8,509 nt of DNA, from NCBI RefSeq assembly GCF_004376175.1, contig NZ_SNUY01000103.1, positions 1-8,509 on the forward strand. The letters are read 5' to 3'. Positions within the stretch are counted from its first letter, which is position 1; the number at the start of each line of letters is the position of its first letter. The notes below the pieces were generated by a model that was given only the letters and a program-made list of their open reading frames with translations, did not search any database and was not told the origin of the DNA. The position numbers and the translations under genes are program-made. This document shows positions 1 through 6,795 of this stretch, piece by piece. This DNA is from Halalkalibacterium halodurans (GTDB taxonomy: Bacteria > Bacillota > Bacilli > Bacillales > Bacillaceae_D).

Positions 1-186
1 TGTTCCCTTCGCCCTTGATTGACCTCTGAATAAACCATTGGTGTGTTTGTCAAGAGCGATAGCGTGGCATTTCCACCTAATAAATGGTAGGTAGTATGAA
101 CCGTGCTAGTTTTTCATAGAACTTTTGACACTACCATCTATCACATGTTTTTATGTTTCTAGTTGCCAATTGGGCAACCTATATGA

Positions 187-1083
187 TCAACTTTTTACAA
201 CTGCGTGCCCACCAAATTCATTTCTTAAAGCGGCAACCACTTTCCCTGAAAACGTATCATCACGTAAGGAACGATAGCGCATCATTAAAGACAAAGCGAT
301 TACAGGCGCTTCGATTTGTAAATCTAGCGCGGTTTCCACCGTCCATTTTCCCTCACCGGACGAATGCATCACACCGCGAATCTTTTCTAAGTTCGCATCC
401 TTTGAAAAGGCTGATTCGGTTAGTTCCATCAGCCATGATCGGATGACCGAACCGTTGTTCCACACTTTTGCTACCGCTTCGTAATCATAGTCAAACGGAC
501 TGTTTTCTAACAGGTCAAACCCTTCTGCAATCGCTTGCATCATACCGTACTCTATTCCGTTATGAATCATCTTTAAAAAATGTCCACTACCGACAGGGCC
601 TGTATATAAATATCCATCTTCTACTGCGATTTCTTTTAATAGGGGGGCTAAAGATTCAACAACCTCTTTCGTTCCTCCCACCATTAAACAAGCACCTTCA
701 CGTGCCCCGTCAATGCCACCGCTTGTTCCTGCATCCACAAAATGAAGCCCCTTCGCCTCATATTGCTTTGCACGGCGTAACGTATCCTTATAATTCGCAT
801 TCCCGCCATCAATCACAACATCCCCTTCGTCCAAAAGAGAGCTTAGCTGTGAAACGACATTTTCTGTTATATCCCCGGCTGGAACCATGACCCAAATCTT
901 GCGTGGTGCTGATAGTTTGCTTACGAGCTCTTCTAGCGAATCAGCTTCTTTTGCACCAGCTAAGCCAATTTCTTTTACCGCTTCACGATTCACATCATAA
1001 GCGACAAGCTGATGTTCGTGATCAAGGATATTGAGGCCCAAATTGTACCCCATTCGTCCTAAACCGATTAATCCAATCTCCAT
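187..1083 (-). CDS. gnd: Short-form 6-phosphogluconate dehydrogenase (decarboxylating), YqeC/Gnd-like, about 298 aa
   Basis: The ORF has an N-terminal Rossmann motif GLIGLGRMG. It carries 6PGDH core motifs that align with long-form Gnd: VIDGGNANYKDT, DAGTSGGIDGAREG, GHFLKMIHNGIEYG and GEGKWT. It stops at about 300 aa, which is the short-form architecture. I place the start at ATG 1083 because GAGGAG sits 7 nt upstream. The GTG at 1098 used by the ORF track lies inside that SD. Confidence 0.85.
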   Translation of the reverse strand: MEIGLIGLGRMGYNLGLNILDHEHQLVAYDVNREAVKEIGLAGAKEADSLEELVSKLSAPRKIWVMVPAGDITENVVSQLSSLLDEGDVVIDGGNANYKDTLRRAKQYEAKGLHFVDAGTSGGIDGAREGACLMVGGTKEVVESLAPLLKEIAVEDGYLYTGPVGSGHFLKMIHNGIEYGMMQAIAEGFDLLENSPFDYDYEAVAKVWNNGSVIRSWLMELTESAFSKDANLEKIRGVMHSSGEGKWTVETALDLQIEAPVIALSLMMRYRSLRDDTFSGKVVAALRNEFGGHAVVKS

Positions 1084-1134
1084 GCAGACACTCCTCACTC
1101 CACAAAGTATGAAAAATTATTTCCTTGTCTCCAC

Positions 1135-1162
1135 ATTATATGATAAAAAATTTCTTTTTCAA
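1135..1162 (-). promoter_or_regulatory. Candidate sigma-A promoter for the 6PGDH gene
   Basis: On the minus strand: TTGAAA (-35, plus coordinates 1157-1162), a 16-nt spacer, then TATAAT (-10, plus coordinates 1135-1140). This lies about 45-50 nt upstream of ATG 1083. It is a motif match only. Confidence 0.45.
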
Positions 1163-1263
1163 TAGTTTTTTGTGAAAAAATATTTTTTTATTCGCTTTTT
1201 TCTTTTATACTATAAGTAGACGGCAGTTGATCTAATCAATGGAAAGAGAGTGTGGTGACGCCT

Positions 1264-2118
1264 ATGTCAAACGAGCAACAGCATTGCCTTCCAAGAATTC
1301 GAGCTTCCTATAGTAGCTTTAGTGAAAAAGAAAAGCAAGTGGCAGATTATATATTAGCCAACCCTAACAAGATGATCCATTCCACAATCAATCAAGTGGC
1401 TGAGGATTTAGGCGTTGCAGAAGCAACCGTATTTCGCTTTTGTAAGCGCTTAGGTTTCCAAGGTTATCAGGCGATGAAAATTGCGTTAGCCTCTGAAATC
1501 GTCACGCCCATCCAAGACATCCATGAAACCATACAAGAAGATGACGATGAAAAAACGGTGGCCGATAAAGTGTTTAAATCGAACATTCGAACGCTTGAAG
1601 ATACGATGCAAGTGCTGGATGTGGAGTCTTTCAAGCGTGCCGTCGACTACCTTCTCCATGCAAGACGAATTGAATTTTACGGTAATGGTGGATCAGGGGT
1701 GATTGCGTTAGATGCCCACCATAAATTTTTGCGGACAGGCATCCCTTCAGCCGCCTATCATGATTCACACTTTCAAGTCATGTCCGCCTCACAATTAACG
1801 AAGCAAGATGTGGCTGTTTTCATTTCTCATTCAGGGACGAATCGCGACTTGCTCCAAGCGTTAGAAGTAGCGAAAAGTCATCAGGTGAAAACGATTGGGA
1901 TCACCACGTATGGAAAAACACCCTTAAGCAAAGAAGTGGATATCGCCCTTTATACTGTTTCCCAGGAGACTGAATACCGTTCTGAAGCATTGGCATCTCG
2001 CCTGGCACAATTAAGCATCATTGATGCCCTCTATGTCAATGTAAGCATCAGGCGAAAGGATGAAATGAAAAACTCTTTGCATAACATGCGAAAAGCGATT
2101 TCACTGAAAAGAATGTAG
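1264..2118 (+). CDS. RpiR/MurR-family transcriptional regulator (N-terminal HTH_6 plus C-terminal SIS phosphosugar-binding domain)
   Basis: The HTH region reads INQVAEDLGVAEATVFRFCKRLGFQGYQAMK. SIS-domain motifs IEFYGNGGSGVIALDAHHKF and FISHSGTNRD follow. The start is ambiguous: ATG 1264 has GGTGA 5 nt upstream, while GTG 1252 or 1255 lies just after GGAAAGAGAG. The gene ends 17 nt before gntK, so the two are probably co-transcribed. Confidence 0.85.
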   Translation: MSNEQQHCLPRIRASYSSFSEKEKQVADYILANPNKMIHSTINQVAEDLGVAEATVFRFCKRLGFQGYQAMKIALASEIVTPIQDIHETIQEDDDEKTVADKVFKSNIRTLEDTMQVLDVESFKRAVDYLLHARRIEFYGNGGSGVIALDAHHKFLRTGIPSAAYHDSHFQVMSASQLTKQDVAVFISHSGTNRDLLQALEVAKSHQVKTIGITTYGKTPLSKEVDIALYTVSQETEYRSEALASRLAQLSIIDALYVNVSIRRKDEMKNSLHNMRKAISLKRM

Positions 2119-2135
2119 AAAAAAGGGGTACAACT

Positions 2136-3638
2136 ATGAATGATCGATATGTAATCGGATTAGATATTGGTACAACAAGTACAAAAGCTGTACTGTTTCA
2201 CTATGATGGTGCTGTGATCGGAGAACTGGAGGTCGAATACCCTATTCTCCGACCTCAGGCAGACTGGGCTGAACAAGATCCAGACGAAATTGTCAACGCT
2301 AGTAAACAGGCAATCCGCTTACTCATGGAACGGACATCTGTCTCCCCTAGTGCCGTAACTGCTGTCGGTATTTCGTCGGCAATGCATTCCATCATTTGTT
2401 TAAATGAAGACAAACAACCGCTCTCCAACGCCATCATCTGGGCGGATACAAGGAGCAGCGAGCAAGCAGCACAATTAAGATTGTCACTCAGTTCTCAATT
2501 CATGAAACGAACGGGAACCCCCTTTCATCCGATGACACCTTTTTGCAAATTAACATGGATGAAACAGAAGAAATACCCGCCTTTTATAGAGGCTTCCTCC
2601 TTCGCCTCCATTAAAGAATATTTGTGCCTTTTATGGTTTGACGAGCATGTAGTCGATTATGCAACAGCCTCTTCCTATGGGATGTTCGACATCGACGCAT
2701 GCGCGTGGGACGTGGAGGCTTTACAGCTTTTACAGCTTTCCTCTGAACAGTTCGGTAAGCCTGTTCCACCAACGTACACCCTTTATGGTATGAGTGCTGC
2801 ACTTGCAGATGAACTTGGCCTTCTTCCTTCCACTCCTTTTGTTGTGGGAGCCACTGACGGTCCACTTGCTAACTTAGGAGTTGGCGCTACTGGGGAAGGG
2901 GATACCGTGATTACGATTGGAACGAGCGGCGCCATTCGTCAACTGTCCTACCGTCCAATGGTCGACGAGCATCAACGCACGTTCTGTTATCGTGTCGATG
3001 ACCATCTTTTTGTTTCAGGCGGGGCGACAAACAATGGCGGTATCGTATTACATTGGCTACAGAAGCTATTTGCGATAAATGGGCTTGAGAAAAATGCTAG
3101 TTTCACACCGAGCTATGATTCGCTGCTTCGGCTTGCCGAACAATCACCAGCTGGGGCGAATGGCGTTCTGTTTCTACCATACTTAAATGGAGAACGTGCC
3201 CCTATTTGGGACGGAGCGGCCCGGGCAAGTTTTGTCGGATTAGGAATGTCACATCATCAACCAGACATGATTCGCGCTGCATTAGAGGGGACGATCTTTA
3301 GTCTCTATCATGTCGGGCAAACGCTGAAAGAAATGAGCGGTAGACCGACCCGCTTGTTTGCCAATGGTGGTTTTTCACGTTCAAAGCTTTGGCTTCAAAT
3401 AGCGGCCGACATGTTTAATCAAGAACTACTGTTGCCAAAAAGCCACCAAAGCGCAGCATGGGGAGCGGCGTGGTATAGCTTATATGCTTTAGGAGAAGTT
3501 CCTTCCCTAGCAGCCATTAAAAATAGTGTCCCGATGACCAATTCCATTCTTCCTGTAACTGAACATTCTCTCGTCTATGAAAAAAATTTCACGTTTTACG
3601 AAAAATTAGCCACCTCTCTTCCGATGCTTCGGAAATAA
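2136..3638 (+). CDS. gntK: Gluconate kinase (FGGY carbohydrate kinase family)
   Basis: This is a 500-aa ORF with SD AAAGGGG 8 nt upstream of the ATG. FGGY motifs are present: GLDIGTTSTKAVLF, ITIGTSGAIRQ, NNGGIVLHWL, PYLNGERAPIW and MIRAALEGTIFSLYHV. From memory, its overall pattern resembles Bacillus GntK more than xylulokinase or glycerol kinase. The adjacent 6PGDH gene supports the gluconate assignment. Confidence 0.85.
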   Translation: MNDRYVIGLDIGTTSTKAVLFHYDGAVIGELEVEYPILRPQADWAEQDPDEIVNASKQAIRLLMERTSVSPSAVTAVGISSAMHSIICLNEDKQPLSNAIIWADTRSSEQAAQLRLSLSSQFMKRTGTPFHPMTPFCKLTWMKQKKYPPFIEASSFASIKEYLCLLWFDEHVVDYATASSYGMFDIDACAWDVEALQLLQLSSEQFGKPVPPTYTLYGMSAALADELGLLPSTPFVVGATDGPLANLGVGATGEGDTVITIGTSGAIRQLSYRPMVDEHQRTFCYRVDDHLFVSGGATNNGGIVLHWLQKLFAINGLEKNASFTPSYDSLLRLAEQSPAGANGVLFLPYLNGERAPIWDGAARASFVGLGMSHHQPDMIRAALEGTIFSLYHVGQTLKEMSGRPTRLFANGGFSRSKLWLQIAADMFNQELLLPKSHQSAAWGAAWYSLYALGEVPSLAAIKNSVPMTNSILPVTEHSLVYEKNFTFYEKLATSLPMLRK

Positions 3639-3688
3639 CGAGCTTTTTTGTTTTATATCAAACTATCAATAATAATCTTGTATTATAA

Positions 3689-3716
3689 CAGCCACTACAA
3701 AAAAATGTAGTGGCTG
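3689..3716. terminator. Bidirectional intrinsic terminator between convergent gntK and aceA
   Basis: A perfect 11-bp stem, CAGCCACTACA (3689-3699) paired with TGTAGTGGCTG (3706-3716), closes a 6-nt A loop. On the plus strand it is followed by ATTTCCCTTATTTTT. On the minus strand it is followed by the weaker TTATAATAC. It sits 51 nt after the gntK stop and 8 nt after the aceA stop. Confidence 0.7.
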
Positions 3717-3723
3717 ATTTCCC

Positions 3724-5010
3724 TTATTTTTGAAATTGCGCTTCCTCGGTCGAACCAGTAAGTGCAGTCGTTGATGATGTTCCCCCTGTGATTGTTTGTG
3801 CCACTTGATCAAAATAACCGGTTCCCACTTCACGTTGATGTCTCGTTGCAGTATAACCTTTTACTTCACTGGCAAATTCGGCTTGCTGAAGTTCAGAATA
3901 AGCGCCCATCCCCCGTTGTTTATAGCCATATGCAAGCTCAAACATGCTATGGTTCAGTGCATGAAAGCCTGCAAGCGTGACAAATTGGAACTTATACCCC
4001 ATCTTACCGAGCTCTTGTTGAAATGTTTCGATTGTCGACCGATCTAGATTTGCCTCCCAGTTAAATGAAGGCGAACAATTGTAGGCAAGTAGTTTTCCAG
4101 GGAATTTCTCATGAATCGCGTCGGCAAATTGCTTCGCTTCCTCTAACGAAGGCTTTGATGTTTCACACCAAATGAGGTCCGCATATGGAGCGTACGCTAA
4201 GCCTCTAGCAATCGCTTGCTCAATACCTGCATTCGTCCGATAAAACCCTTCCGGCGTTCGTTCTCCCGTAATAAAACGTTGGTCTGCTGGATCAATATTA
4301 CTCGTAATTAAATCAGCTGCATCTGCATCGGTCCGGGCGACCAAAATCGTCGGCACTCCCATAACATCTGCTGCTAGTCTTGCTGATACTAAATTGCGGA
4401 TTGCCGTCTGCGTCGGGATGAGAACTTTTCCGCCTAAATGACCACACTTCTTTTCGGAAGCGAGTTGATCCTCAAAGTGAACCCCAGAAGCTCCTGCTTC
4501 AATCATCGCTTTCATGAGCTCAAAGACGTTTAATTGACCACCAAAGCCAGCTTCCGCATCAGCTACGATTGGCGCGAAATAATCCACTTCTCCTTCCCCT
4601 TCAAGGTGTTGAATTTGATCAGCTCGCTGAAGTGCTTGATTGATCCGCTTTACGACACTTGGAACGCTATTGGCAGGATATAAGCTTTGGTCTGGATACA
4701 TATGTCCTGCTAGATTGGCGTCTGCTGCTACTTGCCATCCACTTAAATAAATCGCTTTCAAACCCGCCTTTACTTGTTGGATCGCCTGTCCCCCAGTCAT
4801 CGCACCGAGGGCATTCACGTAATCCTCTTCGTGGAGTAGCTTCCATAGTTTTTCCGCCCCAGTCTTTGCAAGGGTATACTCGATTTTAAGCGAGCCTCGT
4901 AGTTTGACTACCTCCTCTCCGCTATATGGACGCTCCACTCCTTGCCACCGCACGTCATTGCTCCAAGACATCTCTAATTTTTCCGCTGTTTCTTGCCATC
5001 CACTCATCAT
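3724..5010 (-). CDS. aceA: Isocitrate lyase
   Basis: The ICL signature K-[KR]-C-G-H-[LMQR] is present as KKCGHL within [12 protein letters not shown]. Other typical ICL blocks are also there: [36 protein letters not shown] and WCETS. The length of about 428 aa fits a true ICL rather than the shorter methylisocitrate lyase. I place the start at the ATG-ATG pair 5010/5007, because AAGGGGAG lies 3 and 6 nt upstream. The ORF-track ATG at 5028 lies upstream of that SD and has no SD of its own. Confidence 0.92.
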   Translation of the reverse strand: MMSGWQETAEKLEMSWSNDVRWQGVERPYSGEEVVKLRGSLKIEYTLAKTGAEKLWKLLHEEDYVNALGAMTGGQAIQQVKAGLKAIYLSGWQVAADANLAGHMYPDQSLYPANSVPSVVKRINQALQRADQIQHLEGEGEVDYFAPIVADAEAGFGGQLNVFELMKAMIEAGASGVHFEDQLASEKKCGHLGGKVLIPTQTAIRNLVSARLAADVMGVPTILVARTDADAADLITSNIDPADQRFITGERTPEGFYRTNAGIEQAIARGLAYAPYADLIWCETSKPSLEEAKQFADAIHEKFPGKLLAYNCSPSFNWEANLDRSTIETFQQELGKMGYKFQFVTLAGFHALNHSMFELAYGYKQRGMGAYSELQQAEFASEVKGYTATRHQREVGTGYFDQVAQTITGGTSSTTALTGSTEEAQFQK

Positions 5011-5033
5011 ACTCTCCCCTTTTTTCATTTTTC

Positions 5034-5069
5034 GTCAGGATTACCTGACAACAACTGTAATAATACAGT
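5034..5069 (-). repeat. Two adjacent perfect inverted repeats in the predicted aceA leader
   Basis: The first is GTCAGG-atta-CCTGAC at 5034-5049. The second is ACTGTA-ataa-TACAGT at 5054-5069. Both were read directly and both are perfect 6+6 palindromes. They lie between the candidate promoter and the aceA SD. Confidence 0.6.
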
Positions 5070-5086
5070 ATTTGATTTATGACTTT

Positions 5087-5115
5087 ATAATATAACAGAT
5101 CGATTGCGATGACAA
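5087..5115 (-). promoter_or_regulatory. Candidate sigma-A promoter for aceA
   Basis: On the minus strand: TTGTCA (plus coordinates 5110-5115), a 17-nt spacer, then TATTAT (plus coordinates 5087-5092). This predicts a leader of about 70 nt that contains the two palindromes listed below. It is a motif match only. Confidence 0.35.
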
Positions 5116-5215
5116 CCACTTTTTTCTAACATTTTTGAACTTTCTTTCGACACAATGAAAAATGATTGTCAAATCTGCTCGAATTATGCTAACCTAAATG
5201 TAACTTCATAGGAAT

Positions 5216-5305
5216 CCACTAGGGGTGCAAACCGCTGAGAGAGATGTTTTTTAGCATCTTAACCCTCATTCACCTGATCTAGGTAATACTAGCGAAGGGA
5301 AGTGG
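5216..5305 (+). promoter_or_regulatory. TPP (thiamine pyrophosphate, THI-box) riboswitch aptamer
   Basis: The conserved THI-box elements appear in the correct order. They are P1 CCACT(5216-5220)/AGTGG(5301-5305), AGGGGTGC, GCTGAGA, a P3 hairpin AGATG-ttttttag-CATCT, ACCC, ACCTGATCTAGGTAATACTAGCG (P4/P5 with CTAG/CTAG pairing) and AAGGGAAG. Confidence 0.93.
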
Positions 5306-5358
5306 CCATCGTCATTACTGTTCATTTATGGAACTGATTGAAATTGAACGATGATTAC

Positions 5359-5394
5359 AAGCCACTTCTTTTTTAGACAGTGGCTTTTTATTTT
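5359..5394 (+). terminator. Riboswitch expression-platform intrinsic terminator (attenuator)
   Basis: The stem is AAGCCACT (5359-5366) paired with AGTGGCTT (5379-5386), followed by TTTATTTT. The 5' arm GCCACTTC (5361-5368) is also complementary to GAAGTGGC (5299-5306), which includes the 3' strand of P1. That gives the alternative antiterminator. Confidence 0.85.
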
Positions 5395-5416
5395 GTCCGT
5401 TCAATGAATCTAGGAG

Positions 5417-6700
5417 GTGTTTAAGCTGTCGGTTATCGAAGAGTTACTAGCTCATGTCGACAAAAACAAGGAGGAGCTACTTGCCCTCGTTCAAACGCTT
5501 GTCGCCTATCCAACCCCAAGCCCTCCAGCAAGAAATACGGCTGACGCCCAACAGTATATCCGTACGTATTGTGAGAAGCTTGACTGTAATGTAGACATGT
5601 GGGACGTTTATCCAAACGATCCTAACGTTGTAGCAATCTTAAAAGGTACATATAGCGAATCATATCGAAGCCTGATTTTAAACGGTCATATCGACGTGGC
5701 CGCCGTCGATGAATCGGAAGAGTGGAAAACACCGCCGTTTGAAGCAACCGTTAACCAAGGAGTGATTCGTGGTCGTGGAGTGGCAGATATGAAAGGTGGT
5801 CTTGCCGCTTGTTTATTTGCGATGAAAACGCTACATGCGTTCAATATTCAGCTTCCAGGAGACCTGATCTTTCAATCTGTCGTCGGTGAAGAGGTTGGCG
5901 AGGCGGGGACAAAAAGTTGTTGTGAAAGAGGGTACACAGCTGATCTTGCCATCGTCAGCGATACGAGCCATTGCGAAATTCAAGGCCAAGGTGGTGTGAT
6001 CACAGGCTGGATTACGGTTAAAAGTCCTGTTACCTTTCACGACGGAACAAGACGGAATTTGATCCATGCTGGTGGAGGAGAATTTGGCGCGAGCGCCATT
6101 GAAAAAATGATGAAGCTCATTCAAGGCCTACAAGAGCTTGAGCGTCATTGGGCCGTTACCAAATCGAGCCCAGGTTTTCCGCCAGGGATGAACACCATTA
6201 ACCCTGCCTTTATCGAAGGCGGCCGTCACCCTGCGTTTATCGCCGATGAATGCAAACTATGGATTACTATCCACTACTACCCGCATGAATCCTATGAAGA
6301 GATCGTCCGTGAAGTCGAAGAGCATCTTTTGCACGTAGCCAAAGCAGATCCTTGGATGAGGGAGCACCCGCCATCCTTCTCATGGGGCGGTACTTCCATG
6401 ATAGAAGACAAAGGAGAGATTTTCCCTGCCTTTCAAATTGATGAACAAAGTGACGCTGTGCAACTACTAAAAAAAATTCATTACCATTTAACAGGTGAAG
6501 AGGTAAAAACGAGCATGTCACAGACCGTAACCGACGGAGGATGGTTGGCTGAAGCGGGCATTCCGACCTTGCTCTTTGGGCCTGGGAAACTTGAAGATGC
6601 CCATAGTGTCAATGAAGAGCTAGAAATTGCTGAACTAGTTCAATATACGAAAACATTGCTGACGTTCATCTATGAATGGTGCCATCTTAGAAAAGCGTAG
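5417..6700 (+). CDS. ylmB: M20-family metallo-amidohydrolase (ArgE/DapE-like), probably the thiamine-salvage formylaminopyrimidine deformylase YlmB
   Basis: M20 metal and catalytic motifs are present: LNGHIDV, GRGVADMKGG, VVGEEVGEAG and a C-terminal EDAHSVNE. The length is about 425 aa. The gene lies directly downstream of a TPP riboswitch, which is the known context of ylmB in Bacillus. The M20 family call is confident (about 0.9). The specific YlmB function is less so (about 0.6). The start is uncertain, see findings. Confidence 0.8.
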   Translation: MFKLSVIEELLAHVDKNKEELLALVQTLVAYPTPSPPARNTADAQQYIRTYCEKLDCNVDMWDVYPNDPNVVAILKGTYSESYRSLILNGHIDVAAVDESEEWKTPPFEATVNQGVIRGRGVADMKGGLAACLFAMKTLHAFNIQLPGDLIFQSVVGEEVGEAGTKSCCERGYTADLAIVSDTSHCEIQGQGGVITGWITVKSPVTFHDGTRRNLIHAGGGEFGASAIEKMMKLIQGLQELERHWAVTKSSPGFPPGMNTINPAFIEGGRHPAFIADECKLWITIHYYPHESYEEIVREVEEHLLHVAKADPWMREHPPSFSWGGTSMIEDKGEIFPAFQIDEQSDAVQLLKKIHYHLTGEEVKTSMSQTVTDGGWLAEAGIPTLLFGPGKLEDAHSVNEELEIAELVQYTKTLLTFIYEWCHLRKA

Positions 6701-6795
6701 GGACTGGACCTAAAGATCGGAGAGAGGAAGTACGAGAATGCCCTCTCGGGAAGGTACCCGCTTTTGGCGCTTGGTGCGAGTCTCTGGTGATCCTT

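Noticed and set aside
1-113. Minus-strand frame open from 113 to the left edge, with ATG at 38-36 (MVYSEVNQGRRE...)
   Set aside because: There is no SD before the ATG, where the upstream sequence is ACACACCA. The AGGTGG at 73-78 is 19 nt from the only TTG. Only about 12 codons would lie inside the window, which is too little to support a gene call.
161-178. Hairpin GTTGCC-aattg-GGCAAC just downstream of the 6PGDH stop
   Set aside because: It has only a 6-bp stem and no T tract on the minus strand, so it is not a convincing intrinsic terminator.
247-260. cre-like TGAAAACGTATCAT
   Set aside because: It mismatches key positions in the conserved right half of the consensus (10, 13 and 14) and sits at the 3' end of the 6PGDH coding region, where a CcpA site has no obvious role.
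153-890. Plus-strand ORFs 153-446 (97 aa) and 468-890 (140 aa)
   Set aside because: Both overlap the well-supported 6PGDH gene, mostly or entirely antisense to it. They have low-complexity, motif-free translations and no SD. They are shadow ORFs.
2255-2865. Minus-strand ORFs 2255-2437 and 2611-2865
   Set aside because: They lie antisense inside gntK and have no recognisable motifs or ribosome-binding sites.
5055-5068. CTGT...ACAG core of the aceA-leader palindrome as a LexA/SOS box
   Set aside because: The spacing is CTGT-N6-ACAG, not the N8 of the enterobacterial LexA box. It also does not resemble the Bacillus GAAC-N4-GTTC box.
3792-5095. Plus-strand ORFs 3792-3980, 3796-4047, 4659-4889 and 4904-5095
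   Set aside because: They are antisense to aceA, or overlap its start region. The aceA frame carries unmistakable ICL motifs and these ORFs carry none.
5166-5195. Promoter for the riboswitch transcript: TTGTCA (5166-5171) with TATGCT (5185-5190) or TGcTAACCT (5187-5195)
   Set aside because: The good -10 candidate has only a 13-nt spacer. The correctly spaced (18 nt) -10 candidate matches TATAAT at only 3 of 6 positions. A promoter must exist upstream of 5216, but I cannot place it.
3689-5386. Similarity between the stems of the two terminators: CAGCCACTAC/GTAGTGGCTG at 3689-3716 and AAGCCACTTC/AGTGGCTT at 5359-5386
   Set aside because: The shared core is only about 7 nt (AGCCACT). Each is explained locally as a terminator and there is no extended repeat, so this is probably coincidence.
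5433-6521. Minus-strand ORFs 5433-5615, 5831-6124 and 6267-6521
   Set aside because: They are antisense to the M20 amidohydrolase gene and there is no supporting signal.
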